From assembly GCA_903897605.1 (NCBI GenBank), contig CAIUCH010000042.1, positions 22,465-86,464 of the forward strand: a stretch of DNA of 64,000 nucleotides, written 5' to 3'. The DNA is from an uncultured Alphaproteobacteria bacterium. GTDB taxonomy: Bacteria > Pseudomonadota > Alphaproteobacteria > Micropepsales > Micropepsaceae. The notes under the pieces were generated by a model. That model was not told the DNA's origin. It saw only the letters and a list, made by a program, of their open reading frames with translations, and searched no databases. The position numbers and the translations under genes were made by a program. Shown in pieces: positions 27,603 through 37,754 of this stretch (positions within the stretch are counted from its first letter, which is position 1; each line of letters begins with the position of its first letter).

Positions 27603-28949
27603 ATGGGTAAATCATTCGATTTGTTGATCCGGGGCGGTACCGTGGCAACCCCGAACGGCATTGCCCCCGCGGATGTCGGGGTCATCTCTGGCCGCATCGC
27701 CGCCATCGGCAGCCTTGCCGATGCCAAGGCGGCGGAGATTTTCGAGGCCAAGGGCCTTCACATCCTGCCCGGCGCCATTGACAGCCAGGTCCATTTCCGC
27801 GAGCCCGGCAACGAGCATAAGGAAGATCTGGAAACCGGCAGCCGCGCCGCCATTCTGGGCGGCGTCACGGGCGTATTCGAGATGCCCAATACCACGCCGC
27901 CCACCACCAGCCATGCCGCGATGGAAGACAAGCTCACCCGCGCCAAAGGCCGGATGCATTGCAACTATGCTTTTTACGTCGGCGCCACGCCCGCCAATAT
28001 CGGCGCGCTGGCCGAACTCGAAAGGCTGCCCGGTGTTTGCGGCGTCAAGGCCTTTCTGGGATCTTCGACCGGATCGCTGCTGCTCAACAATCCGGACGAT
28101 ATTCTCGCCGCATTGAAGGCGGGCAGCCGGCGCATGGCGGTCCATTCGGAAGACGAAGACAGGCTGATCGCACGCAAGGCGCTGGCCGAGCGCGGCAAGC
28201 CGCAAACCCATCCGGTCTGGCGTGACGCCGAAGCCGCGCGTGCTTCCACCGAACGGGTCCTGCGGCTGGCGAAGCAGGCAGGACGCCGCCTGCATGTGCT
28301 GCATATCACGACCGGCGACGAGATTCCGTTGCTGGCCGATGCCAAGGATTTCGCCACCGCCGAAACCACACCGCAGCATCTCACGCTCTCAGCACCGGAA
28401 TGCTATGAGCGGTTGGGAAGCTATGCCCAGATGAATCCACCAATCCGCGACGAGAGTCATCGCCAGGCATTGTGGAAAGCCGTGCGCGATGGCGTGATCG
28501 ATGTGATCGGCTCGGATCATGCGCCGCATACGCGGGCGGAAAAAGACAAAACCTATCCCGATACGCCTTCGGGGATGCCAGGCGTTCAAACCCTGGTGAC
28601 GATCCTGCTCGATCACGTCAACAAGGGAAATATGACCCTGGAGCGTTTCATCGATCTCACCGCCTCAGGTCCGCAGCGTATATTCGGGATTGCGGGCAAG
28701 GGGCGCATCGCCGAAGGCTATGACGCGGATTTCACGGTCGTGGATATGGGCCTCACCCGGACCATCGAAAACAGCTGGATCGCCTCGCGCTGCGGCTGGA
28801 CGCCATTTGACGGCATGAAGACCAAGGGTTGGGCCGTGGCCGCCATACTGGCCGGGCAAATTGTCATGCGCGATTTTGCGTTGACTGGAAACGCGACGGG
28901 CAGGCCGTTGCGATTTGTCGAAACGCTGGAACCGTCGCCGCCAACCTGA
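27603..28949 (+). CDS. pyrC: dihydroorotase (multifunctional-complex type)
   Basis: 448 aa. It has DLLIRGGTV, the metal ligands PGAIDSQVHFREPG, and GSDHAPH. The overall pattern is an amidohydrolase. Confidence 0.88.
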   Translation: MGKSFDLLIRGGTVATPNGIAPADVGVISGRIAAIGSLADAKAAEIFEAKGLHILPGAIDSQVHFREPGNEHKEDLETGSRAAILGGVTGVFEMPNTTPPTTSHAAMEDKLTRAKGRMHCNYAFYVGATPANIGALAELERLPGVCGVKAFLGSSTGSLLLNNPDDILAALKAGSRRMAVHSEDEDRLIARKALAERGKPQTHPVWRDAEAARASTERVLRLAKQAGRRLHVLHITTGDEIPLLADAKDFATAETTPQHLTLSAPECYERLGSYAQMNPPIRDESHRQALWKAVRDGVIDVIGSDHAPHTRAEKDKTYPDTPSGMPGVQTLVTILLDHVNKGNMTLERFIDLTASGPQRIFGIAGKGRIAEGYDADFTVVDMGLTRTIENSWIASRCGWTPFDGMKTKGWAVAAILAGQIVMRDFALTGNATGRPLRFVETLEPSPPT

Positions 28950-29012
28950 CCGGCTATCGGCCATGATGGCCTGCCGCAAATTCCGTTCGCTTTTTTTCTG
29001 CCAAGGCCGCTG

Positions 29013-29672
29013 ATGAATTATTTCCTTCTCATAGTGTCCGGCGTCGTCATGGGACTGATCGCGGCGGTGCCGATCGGTCCGGTCAATCTCATTTGCATTC
29101 GGCGCAGCTTCACCTTCGGTCCGGTCAACGGCTTTGTCTCCGGTCTGGGCGCCGCGCTGGGCGATGGTGTATTTGCAGCCATCACCTTTTTCGGTCTGAC
29201 CTGGATCGCGCAACTGATTCAGAGCTACAATTCGTTGATCGAGATCGTAGGTGGAGCGCTTCTGGTCTGGTTCGGCGCCCACACCGTCTTGTCGCCCATG
29301 ACGGGCAAGGTCGAGGATGGCGACAAGAACGATACCGGCGCTTCCAACCTGGTGCGGGCGATGGTCTCGACTTTTGTTTTGACCATCACCAATCCGGCAA
29401 CCCTGATCGCTTTCGCCTCCATGTTCGCCAGCTTTCATGGACTGGTGGGCGGCGCCAATTCCTATGTCGATGCGGGCTTCGTCGTCGCCGGCGTGGTCGG
29501 CGGCTCGGCCGGCTGGTGGCTGTGCCTCACCACAGTGATTGGCATCTTTCATACCCGCATCACCGATGGCGCGGTGCGCGCCATCAACCGCGGCTCCGGC
29601 GTGCTGGTGGCGGTATTCGGCCTTGCCGTGCTGGTTCATGTGATCATGCGGGCGTTCGGCCATAGCGGCTGA
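29013..29672 (+). CDS. LysE/RhtB-family amino-acid exporter
   Basis: 219 aa with 6 TM segments. The N-terminal motif is AVPIGPVNL, followed by TNPATLIAF. Confidence 0.85.
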   Translation: MNYFLLIVSGVVMGLIAAVPIGPVNLICIRRSFTFGPVNGFVSGLGAALGDGVFAAITFFGLTWIAQLIQSYNSLIEIVGGALLVWFGAHTVLSPMTGKVEDGDKNDTGASNLVRAMVSTFVLTITNPATLIAFASMFASFHGLVGGANSYVDAGFVVAGVVGGSAGWWLCLTTVIGIFHTRITDGAVRAINRGSGVLVAVFGLAVLVHVIMRAFGHSG

Positions 29673-29779
29673 GCCCTAAAATTCACCAGAATCTGTCGTT
29701 TCTTGGGCCCCAGGACCCTGTTCGGGACGGGCCGCGCCGCGCTAAATTCGGACAACCCGTGGGGACGTGGGAGAGTGCA

Positions 29780-30340
29780 ATGAAATTCTTTGCGACAGTC
29801 ATGGTGGCGGCGGCTCTGATCTGGCCGCTGGCGGCGTCTGCCGCGGCGCCTGCCACGCCCGCCATGCCGGCGCTCAGCGCGGATCCGGCCCTCAGCCCGC
29901 AAGCCAACGCCGCCTATCTTGCGGCCAATGCGCAAAAGAAGGGCGTGATCATCAAACCGGACGGACTTCAGATCCGGATCGTGCAGAGCGGGTTCGGCCG
30001 ACGTCCCGCCGCGATCGACACGGTCCAGGTTTATTACACCGGCTCGCTGATCAACGGTTCCGTATTCGACGGAACCTCGCCGGGGCTTCCGGCCTCTTTC
30101 AAGGTCAATCAGGTCATCCCGGGTTGGACCGAAGCGCTTCAGCTCATGCGCGAAGGCGACCATTGGCAGTTGGTCATTCCCTCCATTATCGGTTACGGCG
30201 CACGGGGCGCGGGCAGCGCCATTCCGCCCGATCAGACTTTGGTGTTCGACATTACGCTGGTTTCGAGCACGCCGGCGCCGCGCAAAGGCGAGCCGGGCTA
30301 TATCCCAGATCCCAACGATCCCGAAGACAAGCAGCAATAG
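29780..30340 (+). CDS. FKBP-type peptidyl-prolyl cis-trans isomerase, secreted
   Basis: The internal start MKFFATVMVAAALIWPLAASAA gives a signal peptide. The FKBP core is VQVYYTGSLINGSVFD...VIPGWTEALQLMREGDHWQLVIP...GYGARG...IPPDQTLVFDITL. Confidence 0.88.
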   Translation: MKFFATVMVAAALIWPLAASAAAPATPAMPALSADPALSPQANAAYLAANAQKKGVIIKPDGLQIRIVQSGFGRRPAAIDTVQVYYTGSLINGSVFDGTSPGLPASFKVNQVIPGWTEALQLMREGDHWQLVIPSIIGYGARGAGSAIPPDQTLVFDITLVSSTPAPRKGEPGYIPDPNDPEDKQQ

Positions 30341-30346
30341 CCGGAC

Positions 30347-33010
30347 GTGATATTGAACCGGATCGAACAGTTTTTGCGGGGCCAGACGCGCAATGGCGGA
30401 CGTCTGCGCATCCTCATCGCCCTCATCATGGTGGTGGGCGCCAGCGCGCTATTCTGGACCAGCCGCGACTATACCGTGGTGGCGCCGGATTGGGACGGCC
30501 AGGTGCGCGGCATTGCCTATAATCCCAGTCATCTGTTCCGCACCAGCGATCAACTGCATGTCACGACTGAGCAGATCGACCGCGATCTGTCGCAATTGTC
30601 CCATGTCACCGGCCATATCCGCACCTATACGGTGGATGGCGGCATGGACAAGGTGCCGGAGATTGCCCGCCGCTACGGCATGATCGTATCGCTGGGCATC
30701 TGGATCAGTCCCGATCTTGCCAAGAACGAGCTCCAGATCGATTTGGCGATCAAGACGGCCCTGGCCAATCGCCGGGTGATCGATCGCGTCATTGTCGGCA
30801 ACGAGACGCAGCTGGTCGGATCGGTTTCGGCGGAACAGTTGGATGCCTATCTTGATCGCGTGCGGGCCGCATTGCCGGCGCGGATCAAAGTGACCACGGC
30901 CGAGACCTGGTCCACCTGGGTGGTGATACCGGACGTGGCCAAGCATGTGGATGTGATCTTTGTTCACCTGCTGCCCTATTGGGAAGGTGTCCATATCAAC
31001 AGCGCGATGCGCGCCGTGGGAAAATTCTACGATATCACGCAATCGACCTTTTCCGACAAGCCGATCGTGATCGGCGAAGCGGGCTGGCCTTCGGAAGGCC
31101 GCACCCGGGGCTCGGCGGAAGCCTCGCTTGCCAACGAGGCATATTTCGTGCGCGCCTTCATCCAATACGCGCAGGAAAAGGGTTACGATTATTATCTCCT
31201 CGAAGGGTTCGATCAGCCCTGGAAGAATGCCGGTGAAGGCGCGGTCGGCCGTTACTGGGGGATGTTCGATGCTACCGGTCGTCCCAAATATGGCTTTACC
31301 GGCATGTTGCGCAGCTTTCCGGAATGGCGCGGTTACGCGCTTCTGGCCGCGATACTCACTTTGTCATTGGGCCTTTTGATTCTGGGCCGCATGCCGAAGG
31401 TGCGCCAGACCGGATATCTTGTGATGGGTGGATTGGTGGCGCTGGTCTCGACCGGACTTCTGGCACTGATCGATGCCACGGCACTGATCTACATCGATCC
31501 CAGCGATATCGTTGCCATGATCGCGATGTCGCCGCTGGTGCTGCTGGCCTGCGCCATCATCCTTACCGAGGGGATCGAGCTGGCGGCGTCCTTGTGGCGG
31601 ATGGATCGCCGTTTGGTGCCCGCCGCGATCGCGGAAAAGAGTCCGCGCGTGTCCATCCATCTTCCCACCTACAACGAACCGCCGCAGATGGTGATCGAGA
31701 CCGTCGATGCCCTGGCCCGGCTGGATTACGACAATTACGAAGTGATTATTCTGGACAATAACACGCCCGATCCCGAGGTCTGGCGGCCGGTGGAAGCCCA
31801 TTGCAAGACGCTGGGACCGCGCTTCCGGTTCTTTCATTTCGACAATGTCACGGGCTTCAAGGCGGGCGGACTTAATCGCGCCCTGGCGCTCACCGATCCG
31901 TCGGTCACGCATGTTGCCGTGATCGACAGTGACTACCAGGTCGAACCATTCTGGTTGCGCCGCGCCATGCCGCTATTCGCTTCGCCGTCGATCGCGCTGG
32001 TGCAGGGCCCCCAGGATTACCGCGACGCCAATGAAAATCTCTTCAAGGCGATGGCGTATGAGGAATATCGCGGCTTCTTCCATATCGGCATGGTCGAGCG
32101 CAACGAGCACAATGCCATCATCCAGCACGGCACCATGACCATCGTCGCCAAACACGCTCTGGAAGAGGTGGGCGGTTGGAGCGAATGGTGCATTACCGAG
32201 GACACCGAGCTGGGTCTCAAATTGTTCGAGGCGGGCTACGAAGCCGCCTATATACCCCAGACCATGGGTGCGGGGCTTGAGCCCGACACGCTGGAAGCTT
32301 TCATGTCCCAGCGCTACCGCTGGGTCTATGGCGCGATGCAGATCATGAAGCGGCACGCCCGGGAGATTTTTCTGGGCGGCTCGGGCCTCTCCTGGGAGCA
32401 GCGCTATCAGTTCCTTTCCGGTTGGCTGCCCTGGATCTCCGACGGGCTTGGCATGGTGGTGACCTGCACAGCGCTGATCTGGACGGTGCTGATGTGGGCG
32501 ATCCCCAGCTACATCGATGTGCCGATGCCGGCCTTGTCGGCGGCGGCAATGGCGTTGTTTGCAACCAAACTGATCAAGACTCTGCTGCTTTATCCGCCCA
32601 AGGTTCGCTCCGGCGGGAGAGGCGCGATCATGGCGTCGGTGGCCGGGCTTTCGCTGACCCATACGGTGGGCAAGGCGATGTGGTCGGGGCTGTTGACGGC
32701 TGGCAAGCCATTCATGCGCACGCCCAAATGCGAAAACCCGGCCCAGTTCAGCCAGGTTCTGCGGGTGGTGTGGCAGGAGGCGGTTCTGCTGGCCGGCCTT
32801 CTGGCGGCGATGATCTCGATGGGCTTCGACCGCGGATTCGAGGACCCTGCGGTCAGTCTCTGGATGGTGATGCTGGGCGTGCAGAGCCTGCCTTACGCGG
32901 CGACCTTCGTCACCGCTTCGATCAGCGCCATGTCCAACAAGAAACCACGGATTGCGCCGCGCCTGGCGGAAACCGCGATGACCGAAGCCGCGATGACCGA
33001 AGCCGCCTAA
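30347..33010 (+). CDS. ndvB: GH17 glucanosyltransferase - GT2 glycosyltransferase fusion, NdvB-like cyclic beta-1,3-glucan synthase
   Basis: 887 aa with a GTG start. The N-terminal GH17 domain has both catalytic Glu contexts (VIVGNETQLV and IVIGEAGWPSEG). A TM block follows, then a GT2 domain with ILDNNTPDP, VIDSDY, ITEDTEL and QRYRWVYG (QxxRW). This architecture matches Bradyrhizobium and Pseudomonas NdvB. Confidence 0.8.
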   Translation: MILNRIEQFLRGQTRNGGRLRILIALIMVVGASALFWTSRDYTVVAPDWDGQVRGIAYNPSHLFRTSDQLHVTTEQIDRDLSQLSHVTGHIRTYTVDGGMDKVPEIARRYGMIVSLGIWISPDLAKNELQIDLAIKTALANRRVIDRVIVGNETQLVGSVSAEQLDAYLDRVRAALPARIKVTTAETWSTWVVIPDVAKHVDVIFVHLLPYWEGVHINSAMRAVGKFYDITQSTFSDKPIVIGEAGWPSEGRTRGSAEASLANEAYFVRAFIQYAQEKGYDYYLLEGFDQPWKNAGEGAVGRYWGMFDATGRPKYGFTGMLRSFPEWRGYALLAAILTLSLGLLILGRMPKVRQTGYLVMGGLVALVSTGLLALIDATALIYIDPSDIVAMIAMSPLVLLACAIILTEGIELAASLWRMDRRLVPAAIAEKSPRVSIHLPTYNEPPQMVIETVDALARLDYDNYEVIILDNNTPDPEVWRPVEAHCKTLGPRFRFFHFDNVTGFKAGGLNRALALTDPSVTHVAVIDSDYQVEPFWLRRAMPLFASPSIALVQGPQDYRDANENLFKAMAYEEYRGFFHIGMVERNEHNAIIQHGTMTIVAKHALEEVGGWSEWCITEDTELGLKLFEAGYEAAYIPQTMGAGLEPDTLEAFMSQRYRWVYGAMQIMKRHAREIFLGGSGLSWEQRYQFLSGWLPWISDGLGMVVTCTALIWTVLMWAIPSYIDVPMPALSAAAMALFATKLIKTLLLYPPKVRSGGRGAIMASVAGLSLTHTVGKAMWSGLLTAGKPFMRTPKCENPAQFSQVLRVVWQEAVLLAGLLAAMISMGFDRGFEDPAVSLWMVMLGVQSLPYAATFVTASISAMSNKKPRIAPRLAETAMTEAAMTEAA

Positions 33011-34419
33011 AGCCTTTTCACGGCCGGTACAGTCTTGCCCGGATTGAGAATATTTTTCGGATCAAAGGCGTGTTTCAACGCCCGCATGGCGTCCAGCTCT
33101 TCACTGGATTTGTAGCGCGGCAAAACATCACGCTTCATCTGGCCGATGCCATGTTCGGCGCTGATCGAGCCGGAATAGCGCTTCACAATGTCATGGACCG
33201 TGAGCTGCATCTCGTCCCATTCGGCCGCAAAGGCCGCATCGCTTCCAACAGGCGCATTAAAATTGAAATGCAAATTGCCGTCGCCCATATGGCCAAAGCA
33301 GATTGGCCGTGCACCGGGGAATTTTTTCACCACCACGGCCGTGGCTTCCTCGATGAATGCCGGAATCGAGGCCACCGGTACCGAGATATCGTGCTTGATC
33401 GAGCCGCCCTCGCGTTTTTCCGCTTCCGCAATCGTTTCGCGCATGTGCCAGAAGCTGCGGGCCTGAGCCTGATTCTGGGCCACAACGGCGTCGCTCACAA
33501 GCGACGCCGCCATTGCGCCTTCCAGCGCGGATTGGGTCAGCGCTTCCAGGCTGGCGCCCGCGCCACCCGATACTTCCATCAGCACATACCAGGGTGAAGG
33601 TGCGGCCAGGGGATCACGGGTGCCCGGAATGTTTTTCAAAACCAGATCCAGGGTCGGCCGCGACACCAGCTCGAACGAAGATAACAGCCCGCCCGTCCAG
33701 GCCTGCATATGACCCAGAAGGTTCAGTGCCGCGTTGGGCGATGGCACGGCGGTGAGGGCGGTGACCATCTGGGTGGGGCGCGGGAACAGCCGCAGGGCGG
33801 CGGCAGTGACGATGCCCAAGGTGCCTTCCGCGCCGATGAAAAGCTGCTTCAGGTCGTATCCGGTATTGTCCTTGTGCAAGGATTTCAGCATCGGCAGCAC
33901 ATGGCCATCGGCCAGCACCACCTCCAGCCCCAGCACAAGCGCCCGCATCATTCCGTAGCGCAGCACATGATTGCCACCCGCGTTGGTGGAAATGTTGCCA
34001 CCGATAGTGCAGCTTCCTTCCGAACCCAGGCTCAAGGGAAACAGAAGCTGTTCGGCGGCGGCGGCGTCCTGTGTTTCTTTCAGCGTGACGCCAGCCTCCA
34101 CCGTCATGGTCATGCCGCCCGCGTCGATGCCGCGAATGCGATTCATGCGTTTCAGGCTCAGCAACACTTCGCCATGCAAGGGAATCTGGCCGCCCACCAG
34201 GCCTGTGTTGCCGCCCTGGGGAACGATGGCGGTCCCGGTCTGATGGCAGATGGAAAGGATCGCCGAGACCTGTTCGGTGGTGGCGGGTTTGAGCAGCAAC
34301 GCGCTTTGGCCTTGGATACGGCCGCGCCATTCTTCCAGGTGGGGAGCGATTTCCTTCGCGTCTTGGCTGGAACCGTTTGGTCCCGCCGCATCCTTCAGCC
34401 GATTGAATATCTCACTCAT
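33007..34419 (-). CDS. FAD-linked oxidase (D-2-hydroxyacid / D-lactate dehydrogenase, GlcD-like)
   Basis: 470 aa. It has an FAD_binding_4 pattern (IVPQGGNTGLVGG, SLGSEGSCTIGGNISTNAGG) and the C-terminal SISAEHGIG...K..FDP..ILNPGK. Confidence 0.85.
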   Translation of the reverse strand: MSEIFNRLKDAAGPNGSSQDAKEIAPHLEEWRGRIQGQSALLLKPATTEQVSAILSICHQTGTAIVPQGGNTGLVGGQIPLHGEVLLSLKRMNRIRGIDAGGMTMTVEAGVTLKETQDAAAAEQLLFPLSLGSEGSCTIGGNISTNAGGNHVLRYGMMRALVLGLEVVLADGHVLPMLKSLHKDNTGYDLKQLFIGAEGTLGIVTAAALRLFPRPTQMVTALTAVPSPNAALNLLGHMQAWTGGLLSSFELVSRPTLDLVLKNIPGTRDPLAAPSPWYVLMEVSGGAGASLEALTQSALEGAMAASLVSDAVVAQNQAQARSFWHMRETIAEAEKREGGSIKHDISVPVASIPAFIEEATAVVVKKFPGARPICFGHMGDGNLHFNFNAPVGSDAAFAAEWDEMQLTVHDIVKRYSGSISAEHGIGQMKRDVLPRYKSSEELDAMRALKHAFDPKNILNPGKTVPAVKRL

Positions 34420-35365
34420 GTGATGTCCTCGGCGCAGCGGCGCGGCGCAGACGGTCGTTGATCGCTTCGCCCAGGCCGGCTTCTGGAATCGGCATCACCG
34501 CAATGCGTGCCGCGCTTTTGTCCAGGGTGCGCAGCATGGCGAACAGATTGGCGGCAGCCTCGCGAAGGTCTCCGCTGGCGCTGAGATTCAAAGTTGCACC
34601 TTGGCAGGATCCAAAACCCAGCAATGCTTCATCCGCATTAAGGTCATGGGCATTCAGGCGCAAGGCGGCTTGGGGGGCATAATGACTTTCAAGTTGACCC
34701 GGCGAGCGAATTTCTCCGCCGGCCTTTGCCAACGGTCCCACGATAGCCTCGATCTGGGCCCGCGGGATGGCGCCGGGGCGCAGCAGCACCGGCAGGTTTC
34801 CATCGAATCCGATGATGGTGGATTCCAGTCCCAGAATTGTGGGTCCGCCATCGAGAATGAAATCCACTTTGTCCCCCAAACTCTCCGCCACATGCGCGGC
34901 CGTGGTGGCGCTGACGGCGCCGGAGCGGTTGGCGCTGGGCGCGGCGATCGGAATTCCTGCTTCCCGCAACAGCGCGGCGGCGACAGGATGCGCCGGGACC
35001 CGGAGCGCGACCGTACCCAGCCCGGCGCTCACCAACTCCGATAATGTGGTATCGGCGCGGCGCGGCAACACCATGGTCAAAGCGCCCGGCCAGAATTGCT
35101 CCGCCAATCTGCTCGCATCTGAAGAGAAGGCGGCATGGCGTTCGGCTTCCGCAAAGTCGGTCACATGCACAATCAGCGGATTGAAACGGGGCCGGCCCTT
35201 GGCGGCAAAGATGCCGGCCACGGCTTTGCCGTTGCTGGCGTCGGCTCCCAGGCCATAGACGGTTTCGGTGGGAAAGGCGACCAAACCGCCACCGCGCAAC
35301 AATCGCGCCGCATGCGCGATGGCGGCGTCGTTCGCGGCGGCGATCTTGTTGACCAAGCTGTCCAT
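34412..35365 (-). CDS. tsaC: L-threonylcarbamoyladenylate synthase (Sua5/YwlC type)
   Basis: 317 aa with LLRGGGLVAFPTETVYGLGADA and SANRSG, plus a Sua5 C-terminal domain. Confidence 0.88.
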   Translation of the reverse strand: MDSLVNKIAAANDAAIAHAARLLRGGGLVAFPTETVYGLGADASNGKAVAGIFAAKGRPRFNPLIVHVTDFAEAERHAAFSSDASRLAEQFWPGALTMVLPRRADTTLSELVSAGLGTVALRVPAHPVAAALLREAGIPIAAPSANRSGAVSATTAAHVAESLGDKVDFILDGGPTILGLESTIIGFDGNLPVLLRPGAIPRAQIEAIVGPLAKAGGEIRSPGQLESHYAPQAALRLNAHDLNADEALLGFGSCQGATLNLSASGDLREAAANLFAMLRTLDKSAARIAVMPIPEAGLGEAINDRLRRAAAPRTSHE

Positions 35366-35484
35366 GCTGGCCTTTTAGCGGGTCAAAGCGCCCCGGTCAG
35401 GTTTTTATTTTGCGTCGGGCTTTGGGGTGCGCATCGCGGCGATCTCTTGTACGGTCCAGGGGGCGTAAATCAAAGGCCGTGCGC

Positions 35485-36345
35485 ATGTCGCTCCAAGGTA
35501 AAACGCTGTTCATCACGGGCGCCAGCCGCGGCATCGGGCTTGCCATCGCGCTCAGGGCGGCAAAAGACGGCGCCAATATCGCCATTGCCGCCAAGACCAC
35601 CGAACCCAACGCCAAACTGCCCGGCACGATCTTTTCGGCCGCCGAAGAGATTGAGAAAGCCGGTGGCCGGGCCTTGCCGCTTGCCTGCGACATTCGTTTC
35701 GAGGATCAGGTCGCAGCGGCGGTGGCCGCCGCGGTTAGGAAATTCGGCGGACTGGATATTTGCATCAACAATGCCAGTGCGATTTCGCTGACCGGTACCA
35801 CGGAAACCGAAATGAAACGATTTGACCTGATGAACCAGGTCAATGCGCGCGGCACTTTCATGGTTTCCAAACTGTGCATTCCCCATCTGCTGAAAGCCGC
35901 CAATCCGCATGTGCTGATGTTGTCGCCGCCGCTCGACATGCAACCCAAATGGTTCGCCGGACATACCGCCTATTCGATGGCGAAATACGCCATGAGCATG
36001 TGCGTGCTGGGGATGGCGGCGGAATTCTCCGGCCGCATCGCCGTCAACGCCTTATGGCCGAGGACCGGCATCGCCACGGCCGCGATCAAGCTGGCCATGG
36101 GCAGCGCCGATGCGGCACGCCATTGCCGGACGCCGCAAATCCTCGCGGATGCGGCGTATGCGATTTTCGACAGACCCAAAAGCTTCAGCGGCAATTTCCT
36201 GATCGACGATACTTTTCTGGCGCAGAATGGCGTCAGCGATTTCGACCGCTATCGCGTCGATTCCACCCAGGATCTGATTGAGGATTTTTTCGTACCGGAA
36301 TCGATGCCGCCGCCGAAAGGCGTGAGTTTGAAGGCCATTACCTAG
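35485..36345 (+). CDS. SDR-family oxidoreductase (HSDL2-like)
   Basis: The internal start is MSLQGKTLFITGASRGIG (TGxxxGxG). It also has NNAS and YSMAKYAM (YxxxK). Confidence 0.85.
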   Translation: MSLQGKTLFITGASRGIGLAIALRAAKDGANIAIAAKTTEPNAKLPGTIFSAAEEIEKAGGRALPLACDIRFEDQVAAAVAAAVRKFGGLDICINNASAISLTGTTETEMKRFDLMNQVNARGTFMVSKLCIPHLLKAANPHVLMLSPPLDMQPKWFAGHTAYSMAKYAMSMCVLGMAAEFSGRIAVNALWPRTGIATAAIKLAMGSADAARHCRTPQILADAAYAIFDRPKSFSGNFLIDDTFLAQNGVSDFDRYRVDSTQDLIEDFFVPESMPPPKGVSLKAIT

Positions 36346-36359
36346 CCGACGGGATTGTC

Positions 36360-37130
36360 ATGCGTTTGCGCTACCTGCTGATTTTGGCTGGAATTGTCCG
36401 GGCATTTCCAGCTTTTGCTCTTCCATTGCCGGATTGCGCGGGGAGCGTGCAAATCGCCGGGGCGCATGTCGAGCGTGTGGAGAAGAACGGCGACCTGATC
36501 TTGAGCGATGGCCGCGTCGCCCTGCTGGCAGGCATCAGGCTGCCCGGCGCCGATCGGCCTGCCGATCCGATGGCATCGGAGGCGCTGGCCGGGTTGCGGG
36601 ACCTGGCGTTGAAGGCGCCCCTGATGATGACGTCGACACCTCCCAGGCAGGATCGCTATGACAGGATCCATGTTCAGGCTTTCTCCGATATCTGGCTGCA
36701 AACCGAACTGCTAAGGCGCGGACTGGCGCGCGTGGACATCGCGCCGGATCGCCAGGAATGTTTTCCCGATTTTTACGAAGCCGAAACCGAAGCGCGCAAC
36801 GCCAAGCGCGGGCTCTGGGCGCTTCCCGATTTCGCCGTCAGGCAGGCCATCGCCGTCTCAGCGCCTGACGGAAGTTTTCAGATTGTCCAAGGCCGCGTGG
36901 TCAATGTCGGCGGCCATGACGGGCGCGTTATTCTCGACTTCAGCGCGGATTACCGCAAGGATTTTTCCGCCACCATCGCGCCGGAAGACCGCAAGGCATT
37001 TCGCGATAGCGATCTCGTGCTTGAAGATTTGACCGGCCATGAAGTCCGGCTGCGCGGCATGGTCGTGATTCTCAATGGCCGGCCGGAAATCGCGCTTTCC
37101 AATCCCCACCAGATCGAGTTGCTGCAATAA
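36360..37130 (+). CDS. thermonuclease (SNase-like) family protein, secreted
   Basis: 256 aa with a signal peptide. SNase-like segments are present: GIRLPG, DRYDRIHV, LLRRGLARV and ETEARNAKRGLWA. Confidence 0.7.
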   Translation: MRLRYLLILAGIVRAFPAFALPLPDCAGSVQIAGAHVERVEKNGDLILSDGRVALLAGIRLPGADRPADPMASEALAGLRDLALKAPLMMTSTPPRQDRYDRIHVQAFSDIWLQTELLRRGLARVDIAPDRQECFPDFYEAETEARNAKRGLWALPDFAVRQAIAVSAPDGSFQIVQGRVVNVGGHDGRVILDFSADYRKDFSATIAPEDRKAFRDSDLVLEDLTGHEVRLRGMVVILNGRPEIALSNPHQIELLQ

Positions 37131-37162
37131 AAAAAGCCCGGTGTCGCCACCGGGCTTATTAT
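37131..37162. terminator. bidirectional rho-independent terminator between the nuclease gene and carD
   Basis: In AAAAA-AGCCCGGTG-TCGC-CACCGGGCT-TATTATAA, a perfect 9-bp GC-rich stem is flanked by an A-run on one side and a T-rich run on the other. It sits between two convergent stops (37130 and 37179). Confidence 0.7.
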
Positions 37163-37178
37163 AATCATGATCGGGCGT

Positions 37179-37754
37179 TTAAGCCGCCTTTTTGACCAGC
37201 ATGCCTTCGACGCGCTTGACCGCGGTCTGTTCGTCGGTGCGTTCGACGGCGGCGACTTCGCGCGCCATGCGGGCCAGGGCCTTTTCGTAAAGCTGGCGCT
37301 CGGAATAGGACTGTTCCGGCTGGCCGCCGGCGCGGTGCAGATCGCGCACCACCTCGGCAATCGACACCAGATCGCCTGAATCGATCTTGGCTTCGTATTC
37401 CTGGGCGCGGCGCGACCACATGGTGCGCTTGATGCGGGCACGGCCCTTGAGGGTGTTGAGCGCATTGCCCACCACTTCCGGCGACGACAATTTGCGCATG
37501 CCCACGGCCTTGGCCTTCAAGGTCGGAACCCGCAGGGTCATCTTGTCCTTCTCGAAGTCGATGATGAACAATTCCATCATCAGGCCGGCGACTTCCTTTT
37601 CCTCGATGCCCGAAACCTTGCCCACGCCATGAGTCGGATAGACCACATGGTCGTTGGTCTTGAATTCGTGCTTGCGGTTGGAATTGGCCGGGACTTTCTT
37701 GGGCGGAACGGGCGCCTGCTTGGCGGCAGGAGCATGGGTCTTTGCTGCGGTCAT
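37179..37754 (-). CDS. carD: CarD/CdnL-family RNA polymerase-binding transcription factor
   Basis: 191 aa. FKTNDHVVYPTHGVGKVSGIEEKEVAG...LFIIDFEKDKMTLRVP is the CarD N-terminal Tudor-like signature. Confidence 0.92.
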   Translation of the reverse strand: MTAAKTHAPAAKQAPVPPKKVPANSNRKHEFKTNDHVVYPTHGVGKVSGIEEKEVAGLMMELFIIDFEKDKMTLRVPTLKAKAVGMRKLSSPEVVGNALNTLKGRARIKRTMWSRRAQEYEAKIDSGDLVSIAEVVRDLHRAGGQPEQSYSERQLYEKALARMAREVAAVERTDEQTAVKRVEGMLVKKAA

